Below are positions 11,912 to 23,739 of a stretch of DNA of 64,000 bases, in pieces. The notes under the pieces are model-generated. The model was not told the DNA's origin and ran no database searches. It worked only from the letters and a program-made list of their open reading frames with translations. The stretch spans positions 85,436,001 to 85,500,000 of the forward strand of contig OX597821.1 of NCBI GenBank assembly GCA_951406725.2, read 5' to 3'. Source of the DNA: Octopus vulgaris (lineage: Eukaryota). Numbering within the stretch: position 1 is the stretch's first letter; each line of letters starts with the position of its first letter. Both the position numbers and the translations under genes were made by a program.

Positions 11912-13157
11912 ACTTCTGTAGTTTCTGACTACTTTACAAAGTAGAAGTTGGTGGGAGGTGGAGAAAGAAGCTAAAGCAGAAGACACTTATTCAAAGTACT
12001 GCACAGTAGAACCAAATCTGGACTGTAAATCAAACATCTTAATCATGCAACAATTGCTGTACATATACCATACACATTAGATGAATTTATTTAGTTTCTA
12101 ATGGCCAATACCAAATTTCACTCAGAGGGCATTGGTCAACCCAAGTCTGCAGTGTGCTGTGCAATGTGATCCAACTTGGAACTACATGGTTACAAAGAAT
12201 TTTGTGATTCTGTGACAAGCAAAACATTGTCAGTGGATTTAAATATAAAGACAGAACTCTATCAATTTGAAGTTGTGACTGTGATTTCTTGATAATACTG
12301 GTGGTTTGGACAGCCAGAATTGGTAAGCTCCTATTGCACATAACATGCCACAGAGCTTTGATTTAACTCTTGCCTTTTGTGACACTAAGAATGGATAAAA
12401 TGTCAGCTTGGCTTAGTAAAGAAGGTAATGACAGGTACAAAATGCTCAAATGATCCAGAGATTAGCTGTTGCAGTCTGTTGAATCTGGGATATTGGTAGG
12501 GAAGTTAAGCATTTTCACCTTGGCGCAAACATAAAGCTGGTGACAATTATATGAGCTGTTAACTTTTGATCTGCCTTTAGTTGTACCAAGTCAACATTGT
12601 TAGGATCCGAACTATAACATCACATTCTCCTAGCAATGCAACACTAAAACTGTTACATACTCATGATAACTCTCTGAACATAAATATCACATACTCATAG
12701 CAACACTGAGCAGCCATCACCACTATCGTTATCTTAATGTCTTCTTTTCCATGCCTGCATGAGTTAGATGAGATCCATTGTGGTAGATATTTTTTATGGC
12801 TGGATGGCCTTCTTGTCATCAACCCATACCAGTTTCCAAGCAAGGTAATATTTTTGCCTTGCTTAGACATGTTTGCAGAGAAAACGGCAAACAAACAACA
12901 GTGCTTGTATTACTACAATGAAGTTTGTTTACAATTAATGTGCATTACAATTACAAAAAGGTTTTGGTCAGCCAAAGACTATAACAGAAGATACTTGCCC
13001 AAGTTATCACACAGTGGGACTGAACCTGAAACCGCGTGCTCGTGAAATGAACCCCTTAACCACATAGCCAAGCCTGAATGTAAATATCAAATACCCCTGG
13101 CAATATTGAATATATACGTTGCATATTTTAGTAACACTGAATATAAATATCACATAC

Positions 13158-13244
13158 CCGAGCATGGCACCCCGAAGGGCTTGTCTTTCTCTATCTTCTT
13201 CAGGTTCATCTGCAGAACAAGGAATGATGTCTACTTCACTGTAT
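13158..13244 (-). CDS. RNF220: RNF220 exon (YSEVDIIPCSADEPEEDRERQALRGAML)
   Basis: Conserved family motif; tag acceptor of the U12-type intron; gtatgt donor; phase 2 to 2. Confidence 0.95.
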
Positions 13245-13320
13245 CTACAGCAATGGTTAAAGAAAAATATCTTCAAACAATACTTTATTTTACATCTTAA
13301 CTCCCAAATTATGTTATTAA

Positions 13321-13534
13321 CCCTTTCGCTACTGTATTTATTTTGAGATGCTCTGTGTTTCTTTCAATTACTTTAAATATAACAAAGAGTTTAGTAAAAT
13401 AACTTAGTTATCACTCAGCTAGTGTTAGGAACATAAATTGTGGCTATGGTTTGGTGGAAGATTTTAATTCAAAACTTATGAAAACAAGACATTTGTACTC
13501 AGAGCCAGTTTCAGCCAGGTTGGTATCAAAGGGG
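13321..13534. mobile_element. Second family of TTAA-flanked MITE
   Basis: TTAA|CCCTTTCG ... CAAAGGGG|TTAA. A degenerate relative lies at about 42031-42210. Confidence 0.75.
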
Positions 13535-13699
13535 TTAATATTATGGCAAGCACCATGAACTAAAAGTTAAGCTCAAAGAGATAAGATCATAGGCCTGGTT
13601 TTGTGGGTCTAGTGAATGAAATTCTAATGAGAAGTTTTGAAAAAGAATCCTAAATATAACAACCACATGTATTCCATTTTCCTAAAAATATTTGAGATA

Positions 13700-14260
13700 T
13701 TATGTCACAGAATCAACAAAGAGCTAGGAAAAATGCCTAGCAGTATTTAATCACATTCCTTTAACTAGTAATTCAAATTCTGCCAAGGTCAACTGAAGCA
13801 ATAAAGTAAATACCAGCCATTTATTAGGAATAATGATAATGGATGGAGGATTGGCAGAATTGTTAAAGTATTTGATAAATTGCCCTGTGGCATATCTTCC
13901 AACTCTTTATGTTCAGAATTTAAATCCTACTGATTTAAATTCCTTGTTTTACATCATTCCTGGGTTCAATAAAATAAAGTCCCAGACAGGTAGTGGGAGT
14001 GATTTATCTGACTAACCTACACACCCCAAATCCTAGCATTGTGCCTATATTAAAAATAATTATTTAGGGTGGTGGATGGGCAGATTCTTTAGAGTATCAG
14101 AAAAATTGCTTTGATGTATTCCTTTCAGCCCTTTATGTTCTGAGTTCAAATTCCATCAAAGTCAACTTTGTCTTTCATCACTCCTAGGCTGATGGTAATG
14201 ACTCATCCTATACCTTCAAAATTTCCAGTTTTGTACTTATATTTAGAAACTATCATTATC
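13700..14260 (+). repeat. Three tandem degenerate copies of a short SINE-like unit
   Basis: The module gttcaaattc..aggtcaactttg(c/t)ctttcatc recurs near 13772, 13910 and 14144. The same family appears reversed at 17580-17780 and 55545-56290. Confidence 0.6.
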
Positions 14261-14956
14261 TGCCCGATTGTCCTCATCACCATTATCATCTACAATTATC
14301 AAAATAATGTACAGATATTTCAGCTGTTATAGTACTAGACTAAGGTCCAACTTTTACAACCTCATACAGTGTTATACAAGAGTGTACAGGAAAGTCTGGT
14401 AGGTTCTACTTCTGTAGAATAACCTTTAGTATGCTATAGTACACTACTATACTATTCTACAATATAATATAAAATTTATAGGGGCATATGAGTGCATTAT
14501 ATGGGATTTGTGTACTGAATACTATATCGGGCTTTAGTTTATACAATATAGTACAAGGTTCTATAATATTGTATGACGCTCTTCTACAAAAGGCATGAAA
14601 TTATGATATATGATACTGCATGAATCTAAGTCCCTGCTGTACAGTAAAGTACAATAGTATAGAGTCTATAGACAAGTGTCTGGTTAGGTCTTTACTTAGT
14701 CTAACTCTATAATTTCAACTATACAACAGCATGAACATCTATAGAGCTCTACTATACCTTTCCCCTCTTATAAGAATAGAAGAAGCATAAATATTAATTT
14801 TAACTCCCATTCAAATGTATACCATGAAGTCATAAGCAAATATATCCCATATATGCAGAAAGAATATAAAAACATTAATAAAGAAAACACATCTCTCTCT
14901 CTATATATAATAGGAGAGGCATTGTAGCATAGTAATTCAATAACAGTGAAGGATAC

Positions 14957-15053
14957 TGAGGCTTGCCATATTGCTCTGAGTCGTCACCATCAACATTCAA
15001 ATCAATGTCATCATCCACAGATAAACGACTGCTTGACAGTTGGAAGCCTGAAC
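14957..15053 (-). CDS. RNF220: RNF220 exon (GSGFQLSSSRLSVDDDIDLNVDGDDSEQYGKP)
   Basis: ctcttcag acceptor and gtatcctt donor; phase 1 to 2. Confidence 0.95.
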
Positions 15054-15843
15054 CTGAAGAGAAAGAAACAGAGATCAAAGTTCAGCATGAAATTAATCAC
15101 AAAAAAACCCCCAAAAGAAACAAGCAAAATCAACAGTTTGTATGTTCACTTTGCAGACATAAGTGTAATTTTGTATACATGCACACGGTTTTGAAAGCTA
15201 TATTTTCATACCAGTGACTGTAGACTTTTATACAGAAACTATAGAAGAAAATGTATGTACATCTGGGTACATACTGATCATATAACCGTGTCGTGAGAGA
15301 TGAGACTTGCAATTTAATTAGCCACACGCACGTCAGCACCTTAACTTCACAAGCACAATCATTCAGTCTTAGAAACAAATACATAAAATAAGACTGGTAT
15401 TTTAGGCGATATTTCTAAAATAAAGTAACATGCTTACAGTCAAGAAATACATTAAGAAATTAACATAGAGATATTTTACAATAAATCAAATATTGAATAT
15501 TTAAAATACACAGTGAAACCAAGTTATCTCCCCTACACACTCAAACTGTTGGAGCAAAGGTACCGGAATTAGAATTTTGTTTGTTGAAGATGCTCCAATT
15601 ATGACAATCCTGCCTAGTTTTCAACTACAGTATATCCAATGCATTGTGCCTTCTTTTTAAGACAGTAAAGTGCGACATGAAGGAAATTTGGTGGCTATTT
15701 CTACCAGATCGAGTAATTATAGAGGTGTTTCCATTTGGCTCTGTTATTTAGTTTTCTCTTTATGTTTCTGGGTTAAAAATTCTGCTCTCTGACTAATTAC
15801 TAATATGTAATTTGACTTTTTACAAATAAAAAATTAGTTTTAC

Positions 15844-15973
15844 CTGCAAAACCTCCTTGAAGCATAGTTGTTGCTCGTATCCTTGTCTGTCCTGCCCATG
15901 TATATTCTTCATACTGTTCCCCACTATCATCTCCTTCCACGTCAACATGGTCATCTTCAGTAATCTGTTCCTT
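15844..15973 (-). CDS. RNF220: RNF220 exon (KEQITEDDHVDVEGDDSGEQYEEYTWAGQTRIRATTMLQGGFA)
   Basis: ctttgccag acceptor and gtaaaa donor; core RNF220 middle-domain motif; phase 0 to 1. Confidence 0.96.
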
Positions 15974-16364
15974 CTGGCAAAGATAAGAGAAATTAGAATA
16001 TAGTTAATTTAAGATACTTCTTTTTTTATCAATTCCACAGTTTGTGTGATTTGAGAACTAAGACCTATTGTTACATATGTTTTTAACCCCAAAGATTAGT
16101 TGTACATTTATATGTTTGAAGTTGATGGTGAACTCCTTAGCCACTCCTAACTAATTTCTCATTTTTGTAATTTCATTCAGGTGCAAGAAAGATGAATGAT
16201 TCATCTCTTAGTCACCTGAATGAATAATAAACACAGTCAAGAAATCAAGTGAAGCAAAAGAATAAATCATCAAGTTTGAAAGACTTGATAAACTCCGTGT
16301 TTTGAGTATGTTTTGTCCTTTTACCATACTCAAACATGAATAAATATATTTATACATAAAGTGT

Positions 16365-16672
16365 TTGTTTGTTGTTTGTTCCTTCTCGAACCACACCTGG
16401 CTCATAGGGCCAGTATCCTGGTTTCCTTGGCATATAAGTTCCCCACCTGGACTGGACGCCGGTCCATTGCAGGTGAGTGGCAAGATGCAGGAGGAAAGAG
16501 CGAGAGAAAGTTGTGGCGAAAGAGTCAGCAGAAGTTCACCATTACCTTCTGCCAGAGCCGTGTGAAGCTTAGGTGTTTCGCTCATAAACACACATCGCCC
16601 AGCCTGAAACTCGAACCCGCGATCCCTCGAGCGCGAGTCCGCTGCTCTAACCACTAGGCCATGTGCCTCCAC
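16365..16672 (-). mobile_element. tRNA(Arg)-like SINE, full length, with an (AAAC)n-like tail
   Basis: Head tggcctagtggttagagcagcggactcg..ggttcgag; degenerate 14-bp TSD at 16351-16364 and 16673-16686 (2 mismatches). Confidence 0.85.
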
Positions 16673-16718
16673 TATTAATAAAGTGTAAATAATACTAAAT
16701 ATCTTGGTGATATTTTAC

Positions 16719-16834
16719 CTTCTTCAAGCACAATTCAGCATGTTCATTAAGTTCCTGAGCTGTTCCAGATAATTTTTCATTACAAATAGGACAAACTGCT
16801 TCCTCTGGTCTTTTCTTCTTGTTCCTACTCCGAG
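16719..16834 (-). CDS. RNF220: RNF220 exon with a basic stretch and a C2HC (UBZ-like) zinc finger (RSRNKKKRPEEAVCPICNEKLSGTAQELNEHAELCLKK)
   Basis: tag acceptor and gtaaaa donor; phase 1 to 0; CxxC..H..C spacing. Confidence 0.92.
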
Positions 16835-18283
16835 CTATTTGAAATTACAGAGGAAAAGACACAACAAATGAAAATGGAATAAAGAAAGGTACATTGTTAT
16901 TTATCTTACATTATATCTTAGTTTTGAGAAAGGTATCCATTGTAAAAGATTAAAATGGTCTGATAAAACAGATTCTATATTTATGTGCTTGAGTTCATCT
17001 TTGTCAAGGAAAAAGATTTTTTTTCAGTTCAAAATACTTCAAGGTCAATTTTGCTTCTTCACTTTCTTGGATGAAGGGATTGATAAAATATCTGTGATAC
17101 GTTGCTGTCACTTTAGGTCAATAGTAGCTTTCGAGTATTTTGAGGGATTTGGATTTGCAAGGCAGAGACAAAACTACCATTAGGTACATGGGATGATGAT
17201 GGTTTGCAGCACTTGCACAAGGACACGAATTTAAGAAAGGGAATTAGTTAATTCAATGAACTAATTTTATTGATAGTAAAAAAGACAAAAGTCAAGCCCC
17301 TTCCATAAAGGTACCTGACTGTATTGCAAAGTTTTCTACCATTCATCTTACAATGATAATGATTTGCAACTCAAATGCAAGAACCAAAAGCTCACTCCTA
17401 CAATTAATCATTGTTTAATGTCTGTTTCCCTTGCTGGCATGGGTGGATTGGTTTGACAAGAGCTGCTCATTTGTCTCTTATCATGGTTTCTATGGCTGGA
17501 TGCCCTTCTTAATGCCAACCACCTTAAAAAGTGTACTGGGTACTTTAAAAGTGGCAACAGTAATAATAATAATAATGACTTCACATTTTGGCACAAGGCC
17601 AGCAATTTTGGGGGAGGGTGTAAGTCGATTACACTGATTCCAGTGCTCAACTGGTACTTAGGATGAAAGGCAAAGTCAACCTTGGCAGAATTTGAACTCA
17701 GAACATGAAGACAGACTAAATGCTGCTAAGCATTTTGCCTGGTGTGCTAAAAATTCTGCCAGCTCACCACCTTATAATAATATTTTTGCTGTTGCATAAG
17801 CCCAAGCCAGTGTTACTTGAGTAGATCAATGACACAGTGGTTAAACACAGGCCCCAATTTTCATGAGTTATCCACTTTTTGTTGCATCATCTAGAGTACA
17901 GTACATCTGTCTGCTGTCCATGACAGATGACTATCAGAGGCAAAAATGGAAACAGGCTATGTAAACTTATCAAATTTTCAATTTTCTTTTAGAATTACAT
18001 AATCCTTATCATAGCTATTATTTTAATGTTCACTTTTCTGTGCTCAAATGGATTGGACAGATTTTGTTAAGGTGGATTTTCAACATCCGGATGCCCTTCC
18101 TATCACCAACTGTCAACAGTCTCCAAGCAAGGTGACAATTCCCCATCACCAGACATGGTTCTCAAAGATTTTTATCACTTATGTCAAGGAGTTCCTTTGT
18201 ATGTATACCTATAGAAAAGTCAACGTTTTTGATAAAATGGAAGAGAGGAATAGACACTGAAGTAGAAAAACATCAAAACTTAC

Positions 18284-18326
18284 AGCTTAATCTTGACTGC
18301 CTGTTACACTTGATCCTTTGGTAGGT
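18284..18326 (-). CDS. RNF220: RNF220 exon (TYQRIKCNRQSRLS)
   Basis: ttttctctcttaaccag acceptor and gtaagt donor; resembles the recalled vertebrate TFLRVRANRQTRL; phase 0 to 1. Confidence 0.92.
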
Positions 18327-18935
18327 CTGGTTAAGAGAGAAAAAAAACAGAAATCAGTAAATCAATGCAAACTTGAATTTCTCAAAATGCTTTATATATA
18401 TATATATATTTATTTGTTCATTTGTTTTTACATCTATTTTGCCATGTTAATATGGGTTAGGTGAATAATATTATCATGGCATTGGTTTTACAGCTAGATG
18501 CTCTTCCTGTCACTAACTCTTACCTGTTTTTTGGAGTAAAGGATCTCCTAATTTACACATCTCTGAAGACATAAAGCCAGTGGTTGATTTGTTGACATGG
18601 GAAACAACAGCATTACCCACTCTGGGCTTTTTGGAGTGGGTGCAAATGTAAATGAACACACACGCACACACATACGATGAGTTTCCTTCAGTTTCTGTAT
18701 CAAATCCACTCATAAGATTTTGGTTGGTTCAAGGACCGTAATAAAAGTGCTGCACAGTGGGACCAAGCCCAGAACTACACATGGTTAGGAAGCAAACTCT
18801 TAACCTCATAGCATGCACCTACACACACACTTTTTGGCAATATACACAAATGTATGTAGTGTACATGTTTAGCCATAATATATACACATCACACTAATCT
18901 TTCTATCTTAGAGTCAGTGAAAATAATACATAAAT

Positions 18936-19297
18936 AAACAAGAGCACTTGGAGAGTGCAAACCTCCACCAAGGCAATAGCTACGTACTCTCAATGATTAG
19001 CCAGAGATGATTTTTTAAATGAGAATATCTGAAATAAACTCAACTGCTCTCATAAATAAGAATACTAAAAACAAACATGGCCACTCTCAAAAATTAAGTG
19101 AAAAATAATCCAGAATCCCTGCCCAGAACTGGATTGATCTCAAAATCTAATCAATTCATACCAGTCACGAGGCCAAACATCCCTGAAAGTTTCATCTGAA
19201 TCCACCCAGTGGTTTTTGAGATATCATGTCCATGGACAAGCAAACAAACACGAATGAGAAAACAATACCTCCACCTTTGCTAAGGCAGAGGTAATAA
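18936..19297 (+). mobile_element. Non-autonomous Helentron/HINE-like element
   Basis: acctccacc motif near the 5' end, repeated in the terminal hairpin acctccaccttt..aaggcagaggt; internal (CAAA)n tract. The class assignment is an inference. Confidence 0.55.
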
Positions 19298-20830
19298 GGA
19301 TTTCTAAAGACGTAGGGCTACAACTTTTGTGGTATGGTACACTTAGTTATATTGACTCCAGTATCTGACTGGTATGTTTTTTTTTTTTTAATCAATTCTA
19401 AAAGACTAAACTAGCACAGTGAAATTTGAAATAAGAAATAAGAACATACATGATGTAACTAAATAACATGCTTTTTTCTTTTCATTATTGCCTTAACAAT
19501 AGTATTAACAGAATTCTTTCTAATTTTAGCACAAGGTTAGCAGTTTGAGGGGATGGAACATATCAATTACATTGCCCTCCAGTACTTTGACTGGTACTTT
19601 TGACAATATATCTGTTGATATGCCAGACTCTTTCCTTAACCACCTTTATTACAACTTCATATATTTAGGTCTGATGCTCAAGATTCAAATGAAACAATAG
19701 AATTATGAGGGAAACTACTGCTGGTCCGTGTAGGCAAATAGTAAATAGAAAAAATCCACAAATTGGAATAAACTATTGGCAGTGTGGAAGAGGTGAGATC
19801 TAATGTCTTTGTTAAGATCTTTCATCAGAGAAATATGTAATATTTACAGAGTACCACAAGCACACGCAAATAAATAACTCAAATAGGAATGTTATAAACA
19901 ACAACTAAGCAATAAACACCTAGTTTCAAGTACAACATACAACATTATAAGACATTGAGGAATCTTTGAGCTAAAGTGGTTCTCTATGTGGTTGTTTGAC
20001 TTGGTAGAACTAGCAGCCAAATCTGCCTTAAATCACATACTACCATCTTAAAAATAAAAAAGGGAAGAATATATTGGATAATGTCATCCTAGATACACCT
20101 GTAGTTATTTGGCCAAGTGAATTCTTACTTGTGAGGTTAATGTTTCATACCAGGTGGTGCTATTAAGTTAGATATGGCCTGGGTCTATACTGGCTGAAAG
20201 TTATCAAAGTTACATCATGTACTCTTAACATAATTCTCATGTCAAATCAGTATAGCACACTGTGACACGGTGAGACCTTTGAACATGTACAATCCAGAGA
20301 GAAAGAGTGAGAAGAAGAGACCCAGGTAACTCACAGGTACTTTACTGCCCTTAATGGAATTTGAATTGAGTTTAGAAGGCTGAAACAAACACTGCAAAGC
20401 ATTCTATCCAAGGATCTAAAAATTCTGCCAATTTTCTGCCTTGCTAAACACACTATTTTTTACCCCACAAAATGGGACAGGGATAATTGGGATGCCTTTC
20501 TTTATAAATAAGTCTTGCTAGATTAAATGTGACCTCGAGACCAAACACCAACAATAAACAACATACAGAAATCATCATCATCATCATTATACTATGTCCA
20601 CTTTTCCATGTTTGCAAAAGGTCAGATTATATTTGTTGAGGCAGATTTTTTTATAGCCAGATGCCCTCCCTGTCATAAACCTTCCCCTGTTTCCATGCAG
20701 GGTAATATTTTCCCATGGCCAGATGTTTTTTTTTACAGAAGACAGGAAACAAACAGCATCACTTGTATGAAAGTAATGCTTGTTTACAACCATGATGTCA
20801 AAACAAGGATACACAAAAACACACATATAT

Positions 20831-21147
20831 AACCTCCTCTAGTCATGAATGACCGTGGGTTTACACCTAGAAAGTTACCCTCCCAGGCACAAGTCCAGGC
20901 AAGGTTGTTTATGGAAGACCAGCAGTCGCCCATGCCTACCAGCCTCTCCTCTCTACACCACTGATGTTATCCAAGAGAAAGGCAAAGGCTGATACAGCTT
21001 CGCACCAGTGATAAAACAACTCATTTCAACAGCTGAGTGATCAGGAGCAACATAAAATAAAGCATCGTGCTCAAGAACATGATACACAGCCCGGTCCAGG
21101 AACTGAACTCAGTACTTCATGATCTAACCACTGAGCCATATGCGGCT
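20831..21147 (-). mobile_element. Degenerate tRNA-derived SINE with an RTE-like tail
   Basis: Minus-strand head atggctcagtggttag..gagttcagttcc followed by a cttgagcacgatgcttt core. Confidence 0.6.
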
Positions 21148-22646
21148 ACACACACACTCATGAGTAGATGTACAAAGCAGTGATGGAGAAGAAAATAAAC
21201 ATGATACCAGTTCAAATATGTTTGAGATATATTTGAACCTGGAAAAGGCTTTTCATTGCAGTTTGTCACAGGGAAGTATTCTTGCTGGAACAAAAAGGTG
21301 TAAAAATACCATGGTGGGTTTAGAATGCTACCTACTTGGCTAATGGCCATATGAATTTCGAATAGGGTGTCTTCTTGTCAGCCCTAGCTACAATAGATTT
21401 TTTTCGATTTCAATCAATCAATTCCACTCACAAGGCTTTGGTTTGCCCAGGGTTATAGAAGACATTTCTCCAAGTTGTCATGTAGTAAGTCCAAACAAAA
21501 TCCTTTATAATAAATTGGAAGAACTAAGGCCACCACCCCACCCCTAAAAATGAAAAAGTCTGAAATTTATAAAAATCAAATTACTAATAATTCTATGCTA
21601 TACACAACTTTATGAGGTAATAATGAAGAAATTTCCATTTCCAAAAATCTATCCAGAATTACTGTTTTGCAATTATCGTTGAACAATGCATGATAAAAGA
21701 AGAAAAAAAAATATTAACAGGTCGTATCACATTTCAAGGAAATTTTCACCTTTAAACTCATGTGCAAAAATTAATAGTCATTGCTTGAACCCTGTTGTGA
21801 GTTCAAATTCCAGAAGCCCCAAAACACACACAGACATAACAGTTTATGATGTGTGACACTTTTAAAAATAAATGTGTTTGAATAGAAAATAAAAATATCC
21901 AGAATTTTCTAGAAGCTGCAAACCTTAACAGAATTTATATTACACACACACACACATATTTGTTAATTGCTTAATTCCACGGAATTTTAACATTAAAAAA
22001 CAAAATACAGAAAGAGAAAAAAATCGTGCTTTATTTAGTAAAATTTTATTTTAGACACACAATTATATTTTATTTCACTTTGTTTAAGGAAGAGGCGAGG
22101 GTTATACAAGATCCTTTGGAAGGAAAATGAGAGGGAGGGGAGAGAGCAAGAGCTGTATTACTCTATACAAACTTGACAATTAAAAAAGGATAAATTCCAT
22201 TTTCTATTGGAACATAAAATGTGATAAAAACATAAGGAATCAAAACTTGTAGCCGTCATTTTTCTTTCTCTAGGCAATATCTTTAACATGAAGGAATTTA
22301 ATATTATCAAAAAAAGGCAGAGAAGAAAGAAGTAGCTAACTATAGAGAAGTGAAAATGTTATTACCAGGAATGAGGCAACAAGCAAATTTAAAAACCAAG
22401 TTGTTGTTTAGCATTTGGCTTTCCTGATAGAGTAGATCTTTAATCATTCCAGCCATGACCATTCTGCCATTTCATTTGATATGGCAGGGCATAATTTGAG
22501 GGAAATTTGCCTGCTATTTTCTCAGAGGCCGTCTAAATACATATATGCTTATGTATTGGCTGCCCACCCATGAACTACTTCCTTCACTCAAGCATGTCAA
22601 AATTAACAACTGGAGATTGAAAATACAAGGTTATTAACTTTTATAT

Positions 22647-22817
22647 AGGCGTGGCTGTGTGGTAAGAAGCTTGCTTCCCAACCACATAGTTCCATGTTCA
22701 GTCCCACCATGTCACACCTTGGGCAAGTGTCATCTACAATAGCCTTGGGCTGAAGAAAGCCTTATGACTTTGAGTGGATCTGGTAGACAGAAACTGAAAG
22801 AAGCCCGTCATACATAC

Positions 22818-22870
<53 letters not shown>

Positions 22871-23030
22871 GTTATGTCCTCATAACTTAGTGGTTTGGCA
22901 GAAGAGACCAATGGAATAAGTATAAAGCTTAAAAGAAATTAAGTCCTGAGGTCGATTTGTTCAACTAAAACCCTTCAAGGCAGAGCTCCAGCATGGCTGC
23001 AGTCAAATGACAAACTACTAAAAGAATAAA
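22647..23030 (+). mobile_element. CORE-like tRNA SINE
   Basis: Same family as 11511-11911, opposite orientation. Confidence 0.85.
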
Positions 23031-23151
23031 AGAAAAAAAGAATATATCCTAATCTTGTCTTGGGAGGATCATTAATCCAATAACAACACATGCACTGGTT
23101 CAATTTAACCAATTGACTAACATTCATTATTGTTGGTCAATTGGTTAAATA

Positions 23152-23479
23152 TCTCTTTTACTTGTTTCAGTCATTTGACTAGAGTCATGCTGGAGCACTG
23201 CCTTTTAGTCAAACAAATCAACCGAAGGACTTATTCTTTGTAAGCCTGGTACTTATTCTATTGGTCTCTTTTGCCAACCCACTAAGTTACATGGATGTAA
23301 ACACACACACACACACAATGGGCTTCTTACAGTTTCCGTCAACCAAATCCACTTACAAGGCTTTGGTTAGCCCAAAGCTATAGTAGAAGACACTTGCTCA
23401 AGGTGCCACGTGGTGGGACTGAACCCGGAACTATGTGGTTGGGAAGCAAGCTTTTTACCACACAGCCACTCCTGCACCT
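23152..23479 (-). mobile_element. CORE-like tRNA SINE, tail-to-tail with 22647-23030
   Basis: Same family sequence. Confidence 0.85.
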
Positions 23480-23739
23480 TAGTATATCAATCTTTTACTT
23501 GTTTCAGTTGTTGGATTGTGACCATGCTGGAGCACCACCTTCAAGTGTTTAGTCAAGCAAGTCAACTCCAGGACTTATTTTTGAAGCCTGGTACTCATCA
23601 TTTGTCTCTTTTGCCAAACTGTATTATTTCTTTTTTTCAGTGTTTGATAGTTCTGCCTGTGTGGTACCTTGATAGCATATTGCAGAGCCTGATTACACTA
23701 CAACAAAGCTTTTTCCTTTTTTTAAAAATTTATTCATTT

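Larger units (their letters stand above)
13245..14956 (-). other. U12-type GT-AG intron
   Basis: 5' site GTATCCTT; branch-like TTCTTTAAC at 13256-13264, 11 nt before the exon; no polypyrimidine tract between it and the AG. Confidence 0.88.

Noticed and set aside
14330-14760. TATA/TACA-rich, quasi-periodic stretch in the U12 intron (similar at 37550-37760)
   Set aside because: I could not define a consistent unit; it is probably decayed simple repeat.
19795-19832. Possible decayed Penelope-type hammerhead core (ctgatga on the minus strand); other CTGATGA or GAAAC hits near 4210, 10872 and 61208
   Set aside because: No intact GAAA core with paired stems could be built at any of these sites.
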